A DNA stretch of 61,645 nucleotides, filler included. It is 3 parts of 3 records of this genome, joined end to end, with 100 filler letters (N's around TTAATTAATTAA, not from the genome) between each part and the next. Parts side by side here need not be neighbours in the genome. Positions count along the whole stretch, not along the records: positions 28,046 to 52,789 come from SRR31156797_6724; 2 more parts are not named here. One strand, 5' to 3'. The position numbers and the translations under genes were made by a program. Shown here one piece after another: positions 38,816-48,766 of the stretch; positions within the stretch are counted from its first letter, which is position 1, and each line of letters starts with the position of its first letter. The notes below the pieces were generated by a model, which did no database searches, had not been told where the DNA came from, and worked only from the letters and a program-made list of their open reading frames with translations.

Positions 38816-39685
38816 ATGCAACCAATTTTAAGCGAGACATATAATTCCAAACCTATTACCATTAATTGTAGAGGTAAATTAGTGGACCTTTCAAAGCCTT
38901 TGGTGATGGGTATTTTAAATATAACACCAGATTCTTTTTTTGATGGCGGTCGGTATAATGATACTGACAAGATTTTAAAACACACGCAATCAATGATTGC
39001 ACAAGGTGCAGATATCATTGATATAGGGGCCTACTCATCAAGGCCAGGGGCAAAAGATATTAATGAAAAAGAGGAACTATCCAGATTATTTGATGCATTG
39101 CAAATAGTTCGTAAAGCTAATCCTGATATTATTATTTCGGTAGATACTTTTAGGGCAAATGTTGCAAAAGCTGTTGTTGAAGAATATGACGTTGATATCA
39201 TAAACGATATTTCGGCAGGAGATATGGATGCAGATATGTTTGAGGCTATAGCCGATCTGAATGTTCCTTATATTATTATGCATATGAAGGGAACACCTCA
39301 AAATATGCAGAAAAATCCCAGCTATCAAAAAGATGTTATTTTTGAAGTGATAGATTATTTGGCAGCTAAGAAACGAAAACTGGCTCAGCTTGGTGTACAT
39401 GATGTTATTATTGATCCTGGTTTTGGTTTTGGAAAGACCATCGAGCATAATTATCAATTGTTACATCGCATGCAGGATTTAAATGTATTGGAATTACCAG
39501 TTTTAGTTGGAGTATCCAGAAAATCTATGATATATAAATTACTGGAATCAACTCCTGAGGAAGCATTAAATGGAACCACAGCTTTGAATATGGTGGCTTT
39601 ACAGAATGGAGCTAATATTTTAAGGGTACATGATGTAAAGGAAGCAAAAGAATGCGTTCAATTGTATAATAAGTTATATCAATAA
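38816..39685 (+). CDS. folP: Dihydropteroate synthase
   Basis: MGILNITPDSF, DIGAYSSRPG, DPGFGFGK, GVSRKS, RVHDV. Confidence 0.97.
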   Translation: MQPILSETYNSKPITINCRGKLVDLSKPLVMGILNITPDSFFDGGRYNDTDKILKHTQSMIAQGADIIDIGAYSSRPGAKDINEKEELSRLFDALQIVRKANPDIIISVDTFRANVAKAVVEEYDVDIINDISAGDMDADMFEAIADLNVPYIIMHMKGTPQNMQKNPSYQKDVIFEVIDYLAAKKRKLAQLGVHDVIIDPGFGFGKTIEHNYQLLHRMQDLNVLELPVLVGVSRKSMIYKLLESTPEEALNGTTALNMVALQNGANILRVHDVKEAKECVQLYNKLYQ

Positions 39686-39689
39686 GTAT

Positions 39690-40457
39690 ATGACATTTTT
39701 AGATATTCGATTTATTGATTTAATAGATATTGCACTGGTTGCTTATTTAATGTACAGACTGTACAAATTAATGAGAGGAACAGTAGCGCAAAATATCTTT
39801 TTTGGCTTGTTTGCTTTTATTGCATTTTGGCTTTTTATCAAGTCATTAAATATGGAGCTTTCTGCTACAATACTTGATAACATTGTCAATGTTGGTGTAA
39901 TAGCTCTTATTGTAGTATTTCAGCAGGAAATCAGAAGGTTCTTTCTTCTATTAGGGACTAAGTATAATATTGCCAACAAATTAACATTTGAAAAGATATT
40001 TTCTACACCTAGCACTGGGGTAATGAAAATATATATCAAACCCATCGTTAGAACCTGCCAGAATTTATCAAAAACAAAAACCGGAGCGATTATCGTTATC
40101 TCTAAAAAGTCTGAAATGTTGGATTATGTGCAAACAGGGGAATTGGTAAATGCAGTTATTTCAAGTCGCTTATTAGAAAATATTTTCTTTAAAAATAGTC
40201 CCTTACACGATGGAGCTGTTATTGTTGCTCAAAACAAAATAAAGGCTGCCGGATGTATATTACCCGTTTCGCAAAGTTTTGATTTACCCAAAAAATTAGG
40301 CTTAAGGCATAGGGCTGCCTTGGGAGTAACGGAAGCTACAGATGCTTCTGCCATTGTGGTTTCAGAAGAAACCGGGAAAATATCGTATTTTCATGCTGGA
40401 GAAATCAATCATGGTGTAACTCCGGAAGAATTAGAGAAATTATTAGAAAAGGAATAG
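39690..40457 (+). CDS. dacA: Diadenylate cyclase CdaA/DacA
   Basis: Three N-terminal TMs, FQQEIRR, PLHDGA, GLRHRAA, VSEETG. Confidence 0.95.
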   Translation: MTFLDIRFIDLIDIALVAYLMYRLYKLMRGTVAQNIFFGLFAFIAFWLFIKSLNMELSATILDNIVNVGVIALIVVFQQEIRRFFLLLGTKYNIANKLTFEKIFSTPSTGVMKIYIKPIVRTCQNLSKTKTGAIIVISKKSEMLDYVQTGELVNAVISSRLLENIFFKNSPLHDGAVIVAQNKIKAAGCILPVSQSFDLPKKLGLRHRAALGVTEATDASAIVVSEETGKISYFHAGEINHGVTPEELEKLLEKE

Positions 40458-40460
40458 TTT

Positions 40461-41744
40461 ATGGATGCATTATCTGTTTTATACTTAGTTTTAATTGGCC
40501 TTTTTAATTTTGGGGTAATTGCAGGTTATAACATTTTGCGAAAAAAATATAATACAGGTATAAAGCAGCAATTGGTACATTCTCTTTCTTACCTTATTTT
40601 TTTTATAGTTGGCTTAGGCTCAGTAATTTTAATATTACGAATCTTCAATTTCAATTTGATTGAAATACTAGGCATAGAGCTATTTAAAATAGGAGATAAA
40701 GTGCCAATTGATGGATTCTTGCTTTTCTTTTTATTTTCCACGTTTGCTATTCTTATTTTTTCTAATCGTTTTTTGAATAGACTGATTGGTAGTACAAGAG
40801 ATTACCATGCGATACCCAAAAAAGTAACGATTGTTTTACGAAGATGGCTCAGCTTTATCGTTTTTTTAATACTAATGAAAGGTGTTGTTAGTTTAACTAA
40901 TCATTCCTTTTCATTTTTTACCATCGGTCTTTTTAAAATACAAAAGATTGAAATTACTATAGGCCTAATATTGCAGTCCTTATTTATGGCATACACAGTT
41001 CATGCTGTTATGCTGATATCAGAACATTTTTATAATCGCAGAATTAAAAGAACGGGTATTGATACAGGTAAAGGTCATACTGTTTTTCAGATAGTAAAAT
41101 ATTTCGCCTGGGTTATTACAATTGTGGTTATTGTTGGGAGTACAGGAATTAGTGTAACTGTGTTACTAGCAGGTTCTGCTGCACTATTTGTAGGTTTAGG
41201 ATTTGGTATTCAATCTTTATTTAATGATTTTGTATCCGGTTTAATAATCTTATTTGAAGGGACTTTACGAGTCAATGATATTGTTGAGTTGGAGAATGGT
41301 ATTATTGGTAGAGTTCAGGAAATTGGCTTAAGAACCTCTAAAATGATCACCAGAGATAATATTGTAACCATTATACCCAATAATAATTTTGTTGGTAAAA
41401 ATGTAATTAACTGGAGTTATAATGAGCATAAAACAAGGTTTAATGTGCAAGTAGGTGTTGCTTATGGATCAGATGTAAGGTTAGTTGAAAAGGTTCTGAT
41501 TGAATGCGCTTTAGAGCATGAAAAAATACATCGTTATCCGGAACCATTTGTGTTTTTTAAAGATTTTGGAGATTCATCACTGGACTTTAGTTTATATTTT
41601 TGGATAGATGAATCGTTTTTAGTAGAAAAAGTAAGAAGCGATTTAAGGTTTTCAATAAACGATAAGTTTAAGGAAAATAATATCGAAATCCCTTTCCCAC
41701 AAAGAGACTTACACATACGGTCTGGTTTAAACAAAGGCATATAG
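40461..41744 (+). CDS. Mechanosensitive channel MscS family with extended N-terminal membrane region
   Basis: GLGFGIQ...SGLIILFE, IGLRTS, IPNN, VGVAYGSD, FGDSSL, IPFPQRDLH. Confidence 0.93.
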   Translation: MDALSVLYLVLIGLFNFGVIAGYNILRKKYNTGIKQQLVHSLSYLIFFIVGLGSVILILRIFNFNLIEILGIELFKIGDKVPIDGFLLFFLFSTFAILIFSNRFLNRLIGSTRDYHAIPKKVTIVLRRWLSFIVFLILMKGVVSLTNHSFSFFTIGLFKIQKIEITIGLILQSLFMAYTVHAVMLISEHFYNRRIKRTGIDTGKGHTVFQIVKYFAWVITIVVIVGSTGISVTVLLAGSAALFVGLGFGIQSLFNDFVSGLIILFEGTLRVNDIVELENGIIGRVQEIGLRTSKMITRDNIVTIIPNNNFVGKNVINWSYNEHKTRFNVQVGVAYGSDVRLVEKVLIECALEHEKIHRYPEPFVFFKDFGDSSLDFSLYFWIDESFLVEKVRSDLRFSINDKFKENNIEIPFPQRDLHIRSGLNKGI

Positions 41745-41830
41745 TAATATATCAATACAAGAATTGTAAAAAGGTCATATAAATTATTATTTTTACATGT
41801 CTATATAATTAAACGCTTGTATTTTACTCT

Positions 41831-42691
41831 ATGAAGATCTGCTTAACTGGGGGAACCGGTTTTTTAGGTTCCAGAATTACAGAATTTTTTATATCAAATG
41901 GTTTTGAAGTCATCAACCTTTCGAGGCAAGATTTCAGTAAATCAGTGGAATTTATAGCAGAAAAAATTGAAGGAGCAGAAATGTTGGTTAATTTAGCAGG
42001 GGCTCCTATTTTAAAACGCTGGTCGTCGAGCTATAAAAAAACAATTTTAGATTCGCGAGTAAAAACTACCCAAAAGCTTGTTGATGCAATTAAGCTTACT
42101 ACTCAAAAACCATCCATTGTTTTGTCTTCCTCTGCTGTAGGTATTTATGATCAGGTGTACGAACATGATGAATTTTCAGATCGTTTGGCTGATGATTTTT
42201 TAGCCGAAGTTTGCAAGAAATGGGAAGGGGCCATTGCTCCTTTAGCTTCAGAAGATATCAAACTGGCAGTAATGCGTATTGGTGTGGTATTAGATGCTAA
42301 AAAAGGTGCTTTTGCTAAAATGCTACCTTCTTTTAAAATGGGTTTGGGTGCAGTGATAGGAGATGGGATGCAAGCTTTTCCTTGTATTCATATTAATGAT
42401 TTTTTATCTGCTATTTGGTATATTTTAAAAAATCCGGATTCCAAAGGAGTGTATAATCTGGTTGCTCCTGATATGGTTTCAAATAAATATTTTTCAAAAA
42501 AACTTGGTGAGAAATTGAAACGACCAGTACTGTTCAAAGCCAATAGTTTTGCCATGAAATTAATCTTTGGCGAAGGAGCCGATGTTTTATTAAAAGGTCA
42601 AAAGGTTCGACCTCAAAGATTAATAGATTTAGATTTTCCTTTTCAATTTCCAACTGTAGACTCCATGTTGGATGATTTACTGAAAAAGTAG
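41831..42691 (+). CDS. TIGR01777 family NAD(P)-dependent oxidoreductase
   Basis: TGGTGFLG, NLAG, SRV, SAVG, WE, RIGVVL, GDG, GQKVRP. Confidence 0.92.
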   Translation: MKICLTGGTGFLGSRITEFFISNGFEVINLSRQDFSKSVEFIAEKIEGAEMLVNLAGAPILKRWSSSYKKTILDSRVKTTQKLVDAIKLTTQKPSIVLSSSAVGIYDQVYEHDEFSDRLADDFLAEVCKKWEGAIAPLASEDIKLAVMRIGVVLDAKKGAFAKMLPSFKMGLGAVIGDGMQAFPCIHINDFLSAIWYILKNPDSKGVYNLVAPDMVSNKYFSKKLGEKLKRPVLFKANSFAMKLIFGEGADVLLKGQKVRPQRLIDLDFPFQFPTVDSMLDDLLKK

Positions 42692-42721
42692 ATACTTCTT
42701 TAAAGCCATTCAAATTATTGC

Positions 42722-42766
42722 TAATTTTGCATTCCGATTTTCAATAACAGTTCAATATAATTGAAC
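42722..42766 (+). promoter_or_regulatory. hemN promoter -7 element followed by a palindrome
   Basis: TAATTTTG at 42722-42729; GTTCAAT-ata-ATTGAAC at 42750-42766. Confidence 0.5.
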
Positions 42767-42839
42767 ATTCACTATGATATTTCCTTTCCTTGCATAGGAG
42801 ATATAATGGACATCATTTTATCTGACAAAACCGCAATCA

Positions 42840-44219
42840 ATGAAAGTTAGCAAACAATTATTAGAGAAATATAATGTACCTGTTCCCAGGTATACCAGTT
42901 ACCCTCCAGCTAATCACTTTGAAGATCAATTTTCGCCTGATTCTTTCTTAGAATTACTAGAACAATCTAATCAGGAAGATCCGCAAAATATTGCATTTTA
43001 TATCCACATTCCTTTTTGTGCACAAATATGTCATTACTGCGGATGTAATGCTATAAAAATGAAACGTGCCGATGAAGTAAAAAACTATATAGAAGCACTC
43101 AAAAAGGAAATAGCACTGGTAATTAATCGTATTGATAAGAAACGAAAAATATCTCAGATTCATTATGGTGGTGGTACGCCTAATGCGATTAAAGCAAGCT
43201 ATTTAAAAGAAATAAATAAAATTCTGTTGGACCATTTTGATACCATTGATCAGGCCGAAATTGCCATTGAATGTAATCCTGCACATTTGTCTTATACTTA
43301 TTTGGATGAATTGTTTGAAGCCGGATTTAATCGTTTTAGCTTAGGTATTCAGGATTTTGACGAAGAAGTTTTATGTGATGTAAATCGACGTCCCTCGGCA
43401 TTACCGGTAAATGATTTGGTAAAATATATTAAGGCAAAAGATAAAAGCTTTGCTGTTAACCTGGATTTCATTTACGGTCTTCCTGGTCAAAATGTAAATA
43501 GTTTCTGCGATTCAATTAAAAAAGCCATTGAAATCAGACCAGATCGATTGGTAACTTTCTCTTATGCACATGTGCCTTGGTTTAAGGAGCATCAAAAAAT
43601 ACTAGATGAAAAAGGACTTCCTTCCGCTGATGAAAAACTGGATATGTTTATGGCAGCTAATGATTTGTTGGGGAAGGCCGGTTATGTGTCAATAGGTTTG
43701 GATCATTATGCATTACCAAAAGATGAATTGTATCAGGCGTTGGAAAAACATCAGTTGCATAGGAATTTTCAAGGCTATTGTACCAAACGTACAACAGGAC
43801 AGGTGTATGCGTTTGGTGTTTCTTCCATAAGCCAACTGGCAGGAGGATATGTACAGAATACAAAAGACCTTAAAAGTTATATTGAATCAGTTGAACATGG
43901 TAAATTACCCGTTAAAAAAGGAATGGTGGTAACACCAAATCAAAAAGTGATTAGAACTGTCATCAATGAATTAATGTGTAACAAGTTCGTAAACTGGGAA
44001 TCCCTTGCCACAAGTATGAAGTTGTCAATTACTGAGCTTAAGCAAGTTGTAAATTATGATTCTAATGCACTAGAGGAATTTAAAAATGATGGTCTGATTG
44101 AATTTGATGATAATTACTGTAAAATTACCGAAGAAGGAACTATGTTTATTCGAAATATAGTGGCTGCATTTGATCCTGCATTATCAGGAAGTAAAAAACG
44201 TTATTCAAACTCCCTGTAA
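42840..44219 (+). CDS. hemN: Oxygen-independent coproporphyrinogen III oxidase
   Basis: PRYTSYP, HIPFCAQICHYCGC radical SAM motif, GGGTP, LHRNFQGY. Confidence 0.96.
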   Translation: MKVSKQLLEKYNVPVPRYTSYPPANHFEDQFSPDSFLELLEQSNQEDPQNIAFYIHIPFCAQICHYCGCNAIKMKRADEVKNYIEALKKEIALVINRIDKKRKISQIHYGGGTPNAIKASYLKEINKILLDHFDTIDQAEIAIECNPAHLSYTYLDELFEAGFNRFSLGIQDFDEEVLCDVNRRPSALPVNDLVKYIKAKDKSFAVNLDFIYGLPGQNVNSFCDSIKKAIEIRPDRLVTFSYAHVPWFKEHQKILDEKGLPSADEKLDMFMAANDLLGKAGYVSIGLDHYALPKDELYQALEKHQLHRNFQGYCTKRTTGQVYAFGVSSISQLAGGYVQNTKDLKSYIESVEHGKLPVKKGMVVTPNQKVIRTVINELMCNKFVNWESLATSMKLSITELKQVVNYDSNALEEFKNDGLIEFDDNYCKITEEGTMFIRNIVAAFDPALSGSKKRYSNSL

Positions 44220-44221
44220 AG

Positions 44222-45598
44222 ATGGCTAAGGAAAAAGTAGATATAGTTATTGTTGGAGCGGGATTAACTGGATTAACCCTTGCTTACTATCTCAAAAAAG
44301 CAGGTAAAAAGGTTATTCTGTTAGAAAAGGATGAAAAAGCTGGGGGAGTTATTCAAAGTGTTTCAGAAGAAGGATTTGTGTATGAAAAAGGTCCCAATAC
44401 AGGCGTGTTATCAACAGAAGGTATTGTTGATTTATTTGATGAACTGAATGATGTTTGTAAACCCGAAATACCTACTGAAAAGGCTAATGAAAGATGGATT
44501 TTAAAAAGTGGAAAATGGCAGGCATTACCCAATGGATTGATAAAGGCTATTTGTACACCATTGTTTTCGTTAAAAGATAAATTTAGAATATTAGGCGAAC
44601 CTTGGCGTAAAAAAGGCACTAATCCTGATGAATCTTTGGCTGATATGGTAAAAAGGAGGTTAGGAGATAGTTATTTAGATTATGCTGTGGATCCTTTTAT
44701 ATCAGGTATATATGCAGGTGATCCTGAGGTGCTGATTACTCGGTTTGCCATGCCTAAATTATATAATTTAGAACAAGACTATGGCAGCTTTATTAAAGGA
44801 GCTATTAAAAAGAAAAAAGAGCCTAAAACAGAATTACAAAAGCGTATAACAAGAGAGGTGTTTTCAACAGAAGGTGGGTTGAGTAATTTAATAGCTGCTT
44901 TGCAATCAAAAATAGGAGAGAGTTCAATAATTTGTAATTGTCAGAGTATAAGGGTTCAACCAACAGAATTAAATGAGTACCTTATCAATTATGAGTTGAA
45001 TGGTGAGCAGAAAGAATTGATTGCAGAAAAAGTGGTAACAACCTTTGGTGGTTATGAGCTAAAAAACTTGCTATCTTTTATTTCAGAAAAATTATTGTTG
45101 CCTATTCTAGATTTAAGGTATGCTAAAGTGGTGCAAGTGGTTCTTGGCTATAAAAAATGGCAAGGTAAAAAACTGGAAGCTTTTGGAGGTTTAGTTCCTA
45201 CAGTTGAGAATAGAGATATATTAGGTATTTTATTCCCGAGTGCTTTATTTAAAGGAAGAAGCCCTGAAGGTGGTGCAGTTCTTTCTGTTTTTATAGGAGG
45301 AACTAAAAAGTCTGAAATGATACATAAATCAGATGATGAGATCAAGAACATTGTATTAAAAGAGGTGAAAGAAACTTTATATTCCGATGAAGCTCCGGAT
45401 TTAATACGCATTTTTAAATACGAGAAGGCTATACCGCAATATGATATTACCTCCAAAGAAAGGCTAGCTTCAATTGATAAAATAGAAGAAGAATTTTCAG
45501 GATTATATTTAGCAGGTAATATTAGAGATGGAATTGGAATGGCAGATCGGGTTCAGCAAGCTCGTAATTTGTCTAAATTGATATTAAAAACTGATTAG
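44222..45598 (+). CDS. hemG: Protoporphyrinogen oxidase (FAD-dependent HemY/HemG type)
   Basis: GAGLTGL, EKGPNT, PFISGIYAGDP, AIPQY, AGN..GIG. Confidence 0.93.
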   Translation: MAKEKVDIVIVGAGLTGLTLAYYLKKAGKKVILLEKDEKAGGVIQSVSEEGFVYEKGPNTGVLSTEGIVDLFDELNDVCKPEIPTEKANERWILKSGKWQALPNGLIKAICTPLFSLKDKFRILGEPWRKKGTNPDESLADMVKRRLGDSYLDYAVDPFISGIYAGDPEVLITRFAMPKLYNLEQDYGSFIKGAIKKKKEPKTELQKRITREVFSTEGGLSNLIAALQSKIGESSIICNCQSIRVQPTELNEYLINYELNGEQKELIAEKVVTTFGGYELKNLLSFISEKLLLPILDLRYAKVVQVVLGYKKWQGKKLEAFGGLVPTVENRDILGILFPSALFKGRSPEGGAVLSVFIGGTKKSEMIHKSDDEIKNIVLKEVKETLYSDEAPDLIRIFKYEKAIPQYDITSKERLASIDKIEEEFSGLYLAGNIRDGIGMADRVQQARNLSKLILKTD

Positions 45599-45604
45599 GC
45601 TAAA

Positions 45605-45961
45605 CTAGAAAATATAGTTTAGCCTACTGCTTTGTTGATTTGAATAGATATTCACTAATACTTGCATACCACTTGGTAAAACTTTATATGTTGGTATTTC
45701 AAGTGTGATGGCATAAATCGGATGTTGACCGTCAATCTTTTTTGTGGTCTTAATTGTGGCTTCGATATCATATATATTAGCCTCGGCGATATCGCATTCT
45801 ATGCCTAGAAGATCATTAATTTCATCAAACTCAATTTGTGGAATTGTAAATAAAACTTCTTGTTTTGATCGATTATCTTTTGTTTTGTGAGTGTCTTCTC
45901 TTGTCTCCCCTTCATTCATATTACTTTTCGTAATACCAATGTATACCTGCCTAAACTTCAT
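45605..45961 (-). CDS. Hypothetical protein resembling an isolated MFP/HlyD beta-barrel
   Basis: 118-aa ORF; LFTIP...ATI...YAITLEI...LPSGMQVLVNI; TATTTTTG upstream on minus strand. Confidence 0.55.
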   Translation of the reverse strand: MKFRQVYIGITKSNMNEGETREDTHKTKDNRSKQEVLFTIPQIEFDEINDLLGIECDIAEANIYDIEATIKTTKKIDGQHPIYAITLEIPTYKVLPSGMQVLVNIYSNQQSSRLNYIF

Positions 45962-46266
45962 TACTTTTAATTTTATAAAGTCAAAAATAGGTAATTCGGT
46001 GCCTTAAAGCGTGTAGATCTATATCAAACAGCAAAATATTCGACTGAAACAGTTAAAATGTACGATGAGTATAATGCTTCTACAAAATAAGATTATGGTT
46101 CTAGATAAAAGCTGTAGAGTGTAAAATAATCTGGTAAAAAGTAGAAATTGTTATTGATTAGGCAAGGAAACAGGAAAAGGTATTTTTAAGTAAAGAAATG
46201 TTGGTTACGCATTTATTTCTAATAGACGTCTGAATAAACAAAGCTCTAATTGTATTGAGAAATAGG

Positions 46267-46309
46267 TCTTTAATGAAGGATGGAATTTATACCGCCCCTT
46301 CATTAAAGA
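46267..46309 (-). terminator. Hairpin downstream of the outer membrane protein gene
   Basis: TCTTTAATGAAGG...CCTTCATTAAAGA. Confidence 0.6.
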
Positions 46310-46319
46310 ATATTTATGC

Positions 46320-47930
46320 TTAAAAATCAGTATATATACTCTTGATGGATGTTCTCACAGCAAACCAAAAATGTTGTGTTTGTAAAGAACCTAAACTATT
46401 GCTTTCTTTTCTGATTTTTCCACCTAAAGCAATATTAAAATTATTTCTTGGGTTGATTAGGTAGCTAACACTTCCTTGTAAATGAAAAAGTTCCGTTTTA
46501 ACTCCTTGCGTTATGAAATGACCATATTCTTCAGTTCGTAAATCATTGCTTTTAAAAATATCTTTACCATAACTCACATCTTCGGAAGGATCCAGACCAT
46601 AATTTGCACTAACTAGTTTTCCATTAAAAATAAAACGTTTGTACTGGTATTTAATCTTGCTTACAACTTCTTTAAAATTAGCACCTAATGGATGAGCTAA
46701 CTCCTGGTTGTAGTGACCATAATTAGAAATTGCATTACTATGAGAATAAGTGAATGGTCTTACCTGGTTATATTCTGTTAAGAAGTCTAATTTCTTAATA
46801 CCTAAAAAATTAAAACTCTTAAATCCCAATTGAAAACCTTGTTTATTAGCCCACCATTTTTCACCAGAAAATACTTCGTCGAATTTAAACTCACCTAATA
46901 CAAATTGTCCATATATGGCACTGTTGTTTCCTACAATATATTTTGAATTTAATCCCATGGTTACGTTATCCGGAGAACCTAATGAATATTCCACTGGTCT
47001 GAAAAAGATAATTGGATTAAGATATGACAGTTCAAAATTCCGTTGTCCCATGGTGTCCTGAGCAGCCCAAACTACGCTTTCAAATGCCCCAACTGATAAA
47101 CGATTACCAATATTAAAGGTTAAATAATGAGATGCTGAATACTTTTCATGATAACGTTCATCGTTTGCTTCGAGGAAAGGATCAATATTTAAATCACGGT
47201 GCTGTGCCCACATTACCATGTAATGAACTTTATTAAAGTCTGCAGAAAATTTTAAGTATGGATAACTAAATGCATTGTCTGACAATAACAAAGAACGATA
47301 ACCATCTCCAATAAAGTTTTTACCATTACCCAATTGAATATTAAACCATTTTATAGGATTAAATGAAATAAAACCGGTTGATTGTGCATAATCATGCGCA
47401 TTACTACCAAAGGTTTTACTTTTTCCCTGACCCGGTACAACTTTTCTGGCGTTAATAAAATCTTCCAGATAATTCGGGAATACGGTTTGATTTTCAACAA
47501 AATCAGTATAGAAATAAAAATGTTTACCAAAAGTACCCTCAATAAACAAACCTCTGGAGTTGTTCCATGTATTTTTACTCTCTTCAAGTTCTTGTCCAAC
47601 TCCAAAATCAAAAAGTGGATTTATTTTAATGCAAACTTCACCATTGTCCCATTTTAACAGATCGTCGTGAAAAATACGTTTCCAGAAATTTAAATCTCCT
47701 TCAGGCTTTTTAATACCATCATAAAGAATAGAATCCAAGTTATATTGTTTTTCTATTTTGGATAAATCGTAAGGTTTTACCGATGAATGAAAATTATTAC
47801 CAGGCTTATATAATTCCTTTTCATAAGGATTGAATTTATCATTTTGATAATAACTAACCTTTTGGGCAGATAAATGATAAATGAATGAGAATAAAAGTAG
47901 AATAAAACTAAAGGAAAGCTTCTTTAACAT
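46320..47930 (-). CDS. Outer membrane beta-barrel protein (Wzi/RemB-like)
   Basis: Signal peptide; GKNFIGDGYRSLLLSD, YLNPIIF, SPDN, LAHPLGANF; C-terminal Phe. Confidence 0.75.
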   Translation of the reverse strand: MLKKLSFSFILLLFSFIYHLSAQKVSYYQNDKFNPYEKELYKPGNNFHSSVKPYDLSKIEKQYNLDSILYDGIKKPEGDLNFWKRIFHDDLLKWDNGEVCIKINPLFDFGVGQELEESKNTWNNSRGLFIEGTFGKHFYFYTDFVENQTVFPNYLEDFINARKVVPGQGKSKTFGSNAHDYAQSTGFISFNPIKWFNIQLGNGKNFIGDGYRSLLLSDNAFSYPYLKFSADFNKVHYMVMWAQHRDLNIDPFLEANDERYHEKYSASHYLTFNIGNRLSVGAFESVVWAAQDTMGQRNFELSYLNPIIFFRPVEYSLGSPDNVTMGLNSKYIVGNNSAIYGQFVLGEFKFDEVFSGEKWWANKQGFQLGFKSFNFLGIKKLDFLTEYNQVRPFTYSHSNAISNYGHYNQELAHPLGANFKEVVSKIKYQYKRFIFNGKLVSANYGLDPSEDVSYGKDIFKSNDLRTEEYGHFITQGVKTELFHLQGSVSYLINPRNNFNIALGGKIRKESNSLGSLQTQHFWFAVRTSIKSIYTDF

Positions 47931-47937
47931 GATCACA

Positions 47938-48684
47938 TTATCGTTTTATGAATTGAGGTAATTTAGAAATATTTTTGAAAAACAGGCTTATTATTCCACC
48001 TACTTTATTAGATCTTAAGGCATTCAAATCTTCTTTTGATTTTAATATTATATTATTGATGCTTTTATTACTTGCACCACCTAATCGCATTTTTGTAATT
48101 ACAATGGGTAAGTATTCAAAACTGTATTTTGTATTGGAGAATAGCCTTAAAATAAAATCGTAGTCTGCCGATATTTTATATTGTAAGTTAAAAGCTCCAA
48201 TCTTTTTGAAAACTTCGTTTTTTACATATAATGTTGGGTGAGGAGGCATCCAACCTAACTTTAATAAATGCTTTTTAAATGGTTTGCTTTGCCAAAATCT
48301 AACAATTTTTGAAACATCATTAGATTGCACATATTCCAAATCTCCATATACAGCATCAACATCATTTTTGTGAAAAGCCTTGGCAATTGTTTCAATGCTA
48401 TAATCATCATAAAAGATATCATCAGCATGCAACACTCCAATAATATCACCTTTAGCTAAATCAATACCTTTATTTAAGGCATCGTATATACCATTATCTT
48501 TTTCAGAAATTAAATGACTTATAAAAGGTTTGTATTTTTCAATAATTTGAAGTGTATCGTCGGTAGAACCACCATCTATAATAATATATTCAATGTGAGG
48601 ATATGTTTGGTTTATAACAGATTGAATTGCTGTTTCTAAAGTTTTTTCAGCATTATAAGTGGCTGTAATTATAGAAATGGTCAT
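47938..48684 (-). CDS. Glycosyltransferase family 2 (WcaE-like)
   Basis: SIITATYN, IDGGSTD, DNGIYDALNKG, HADD, HP, ADYD. Confidence 0.95.
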   Translation of the reverse strand: MTISIITATYNAEKTLETAIQSVINQTYPHIEYIIIDGGSTDDTLQIIEKYKPFISHLISEKDNGIYDALNKGIDLAKGDIIGVLHADDIFYDDYSIETIAKAFHKNDVDAVYGDLEYVQSNDVSKIVRFWQSKPFKKHLLKLGWMPPHPTLYVKNEVFKKIGAFNLQYKISADYDFILRLFSNTKYSFEYLPIVITKMRLGGASNKSINNIILKSKEDLNALRSNKVGGIISLFFKNISKLPQFIKR

Positions 48685-48766
48685 TATTTTAATTTAAAAA
48701 CAGCAACAAAAATGGTGGCTTTTATTATAAATACCAAATATTGGATAAATTGAGCTACTTGTTTTA

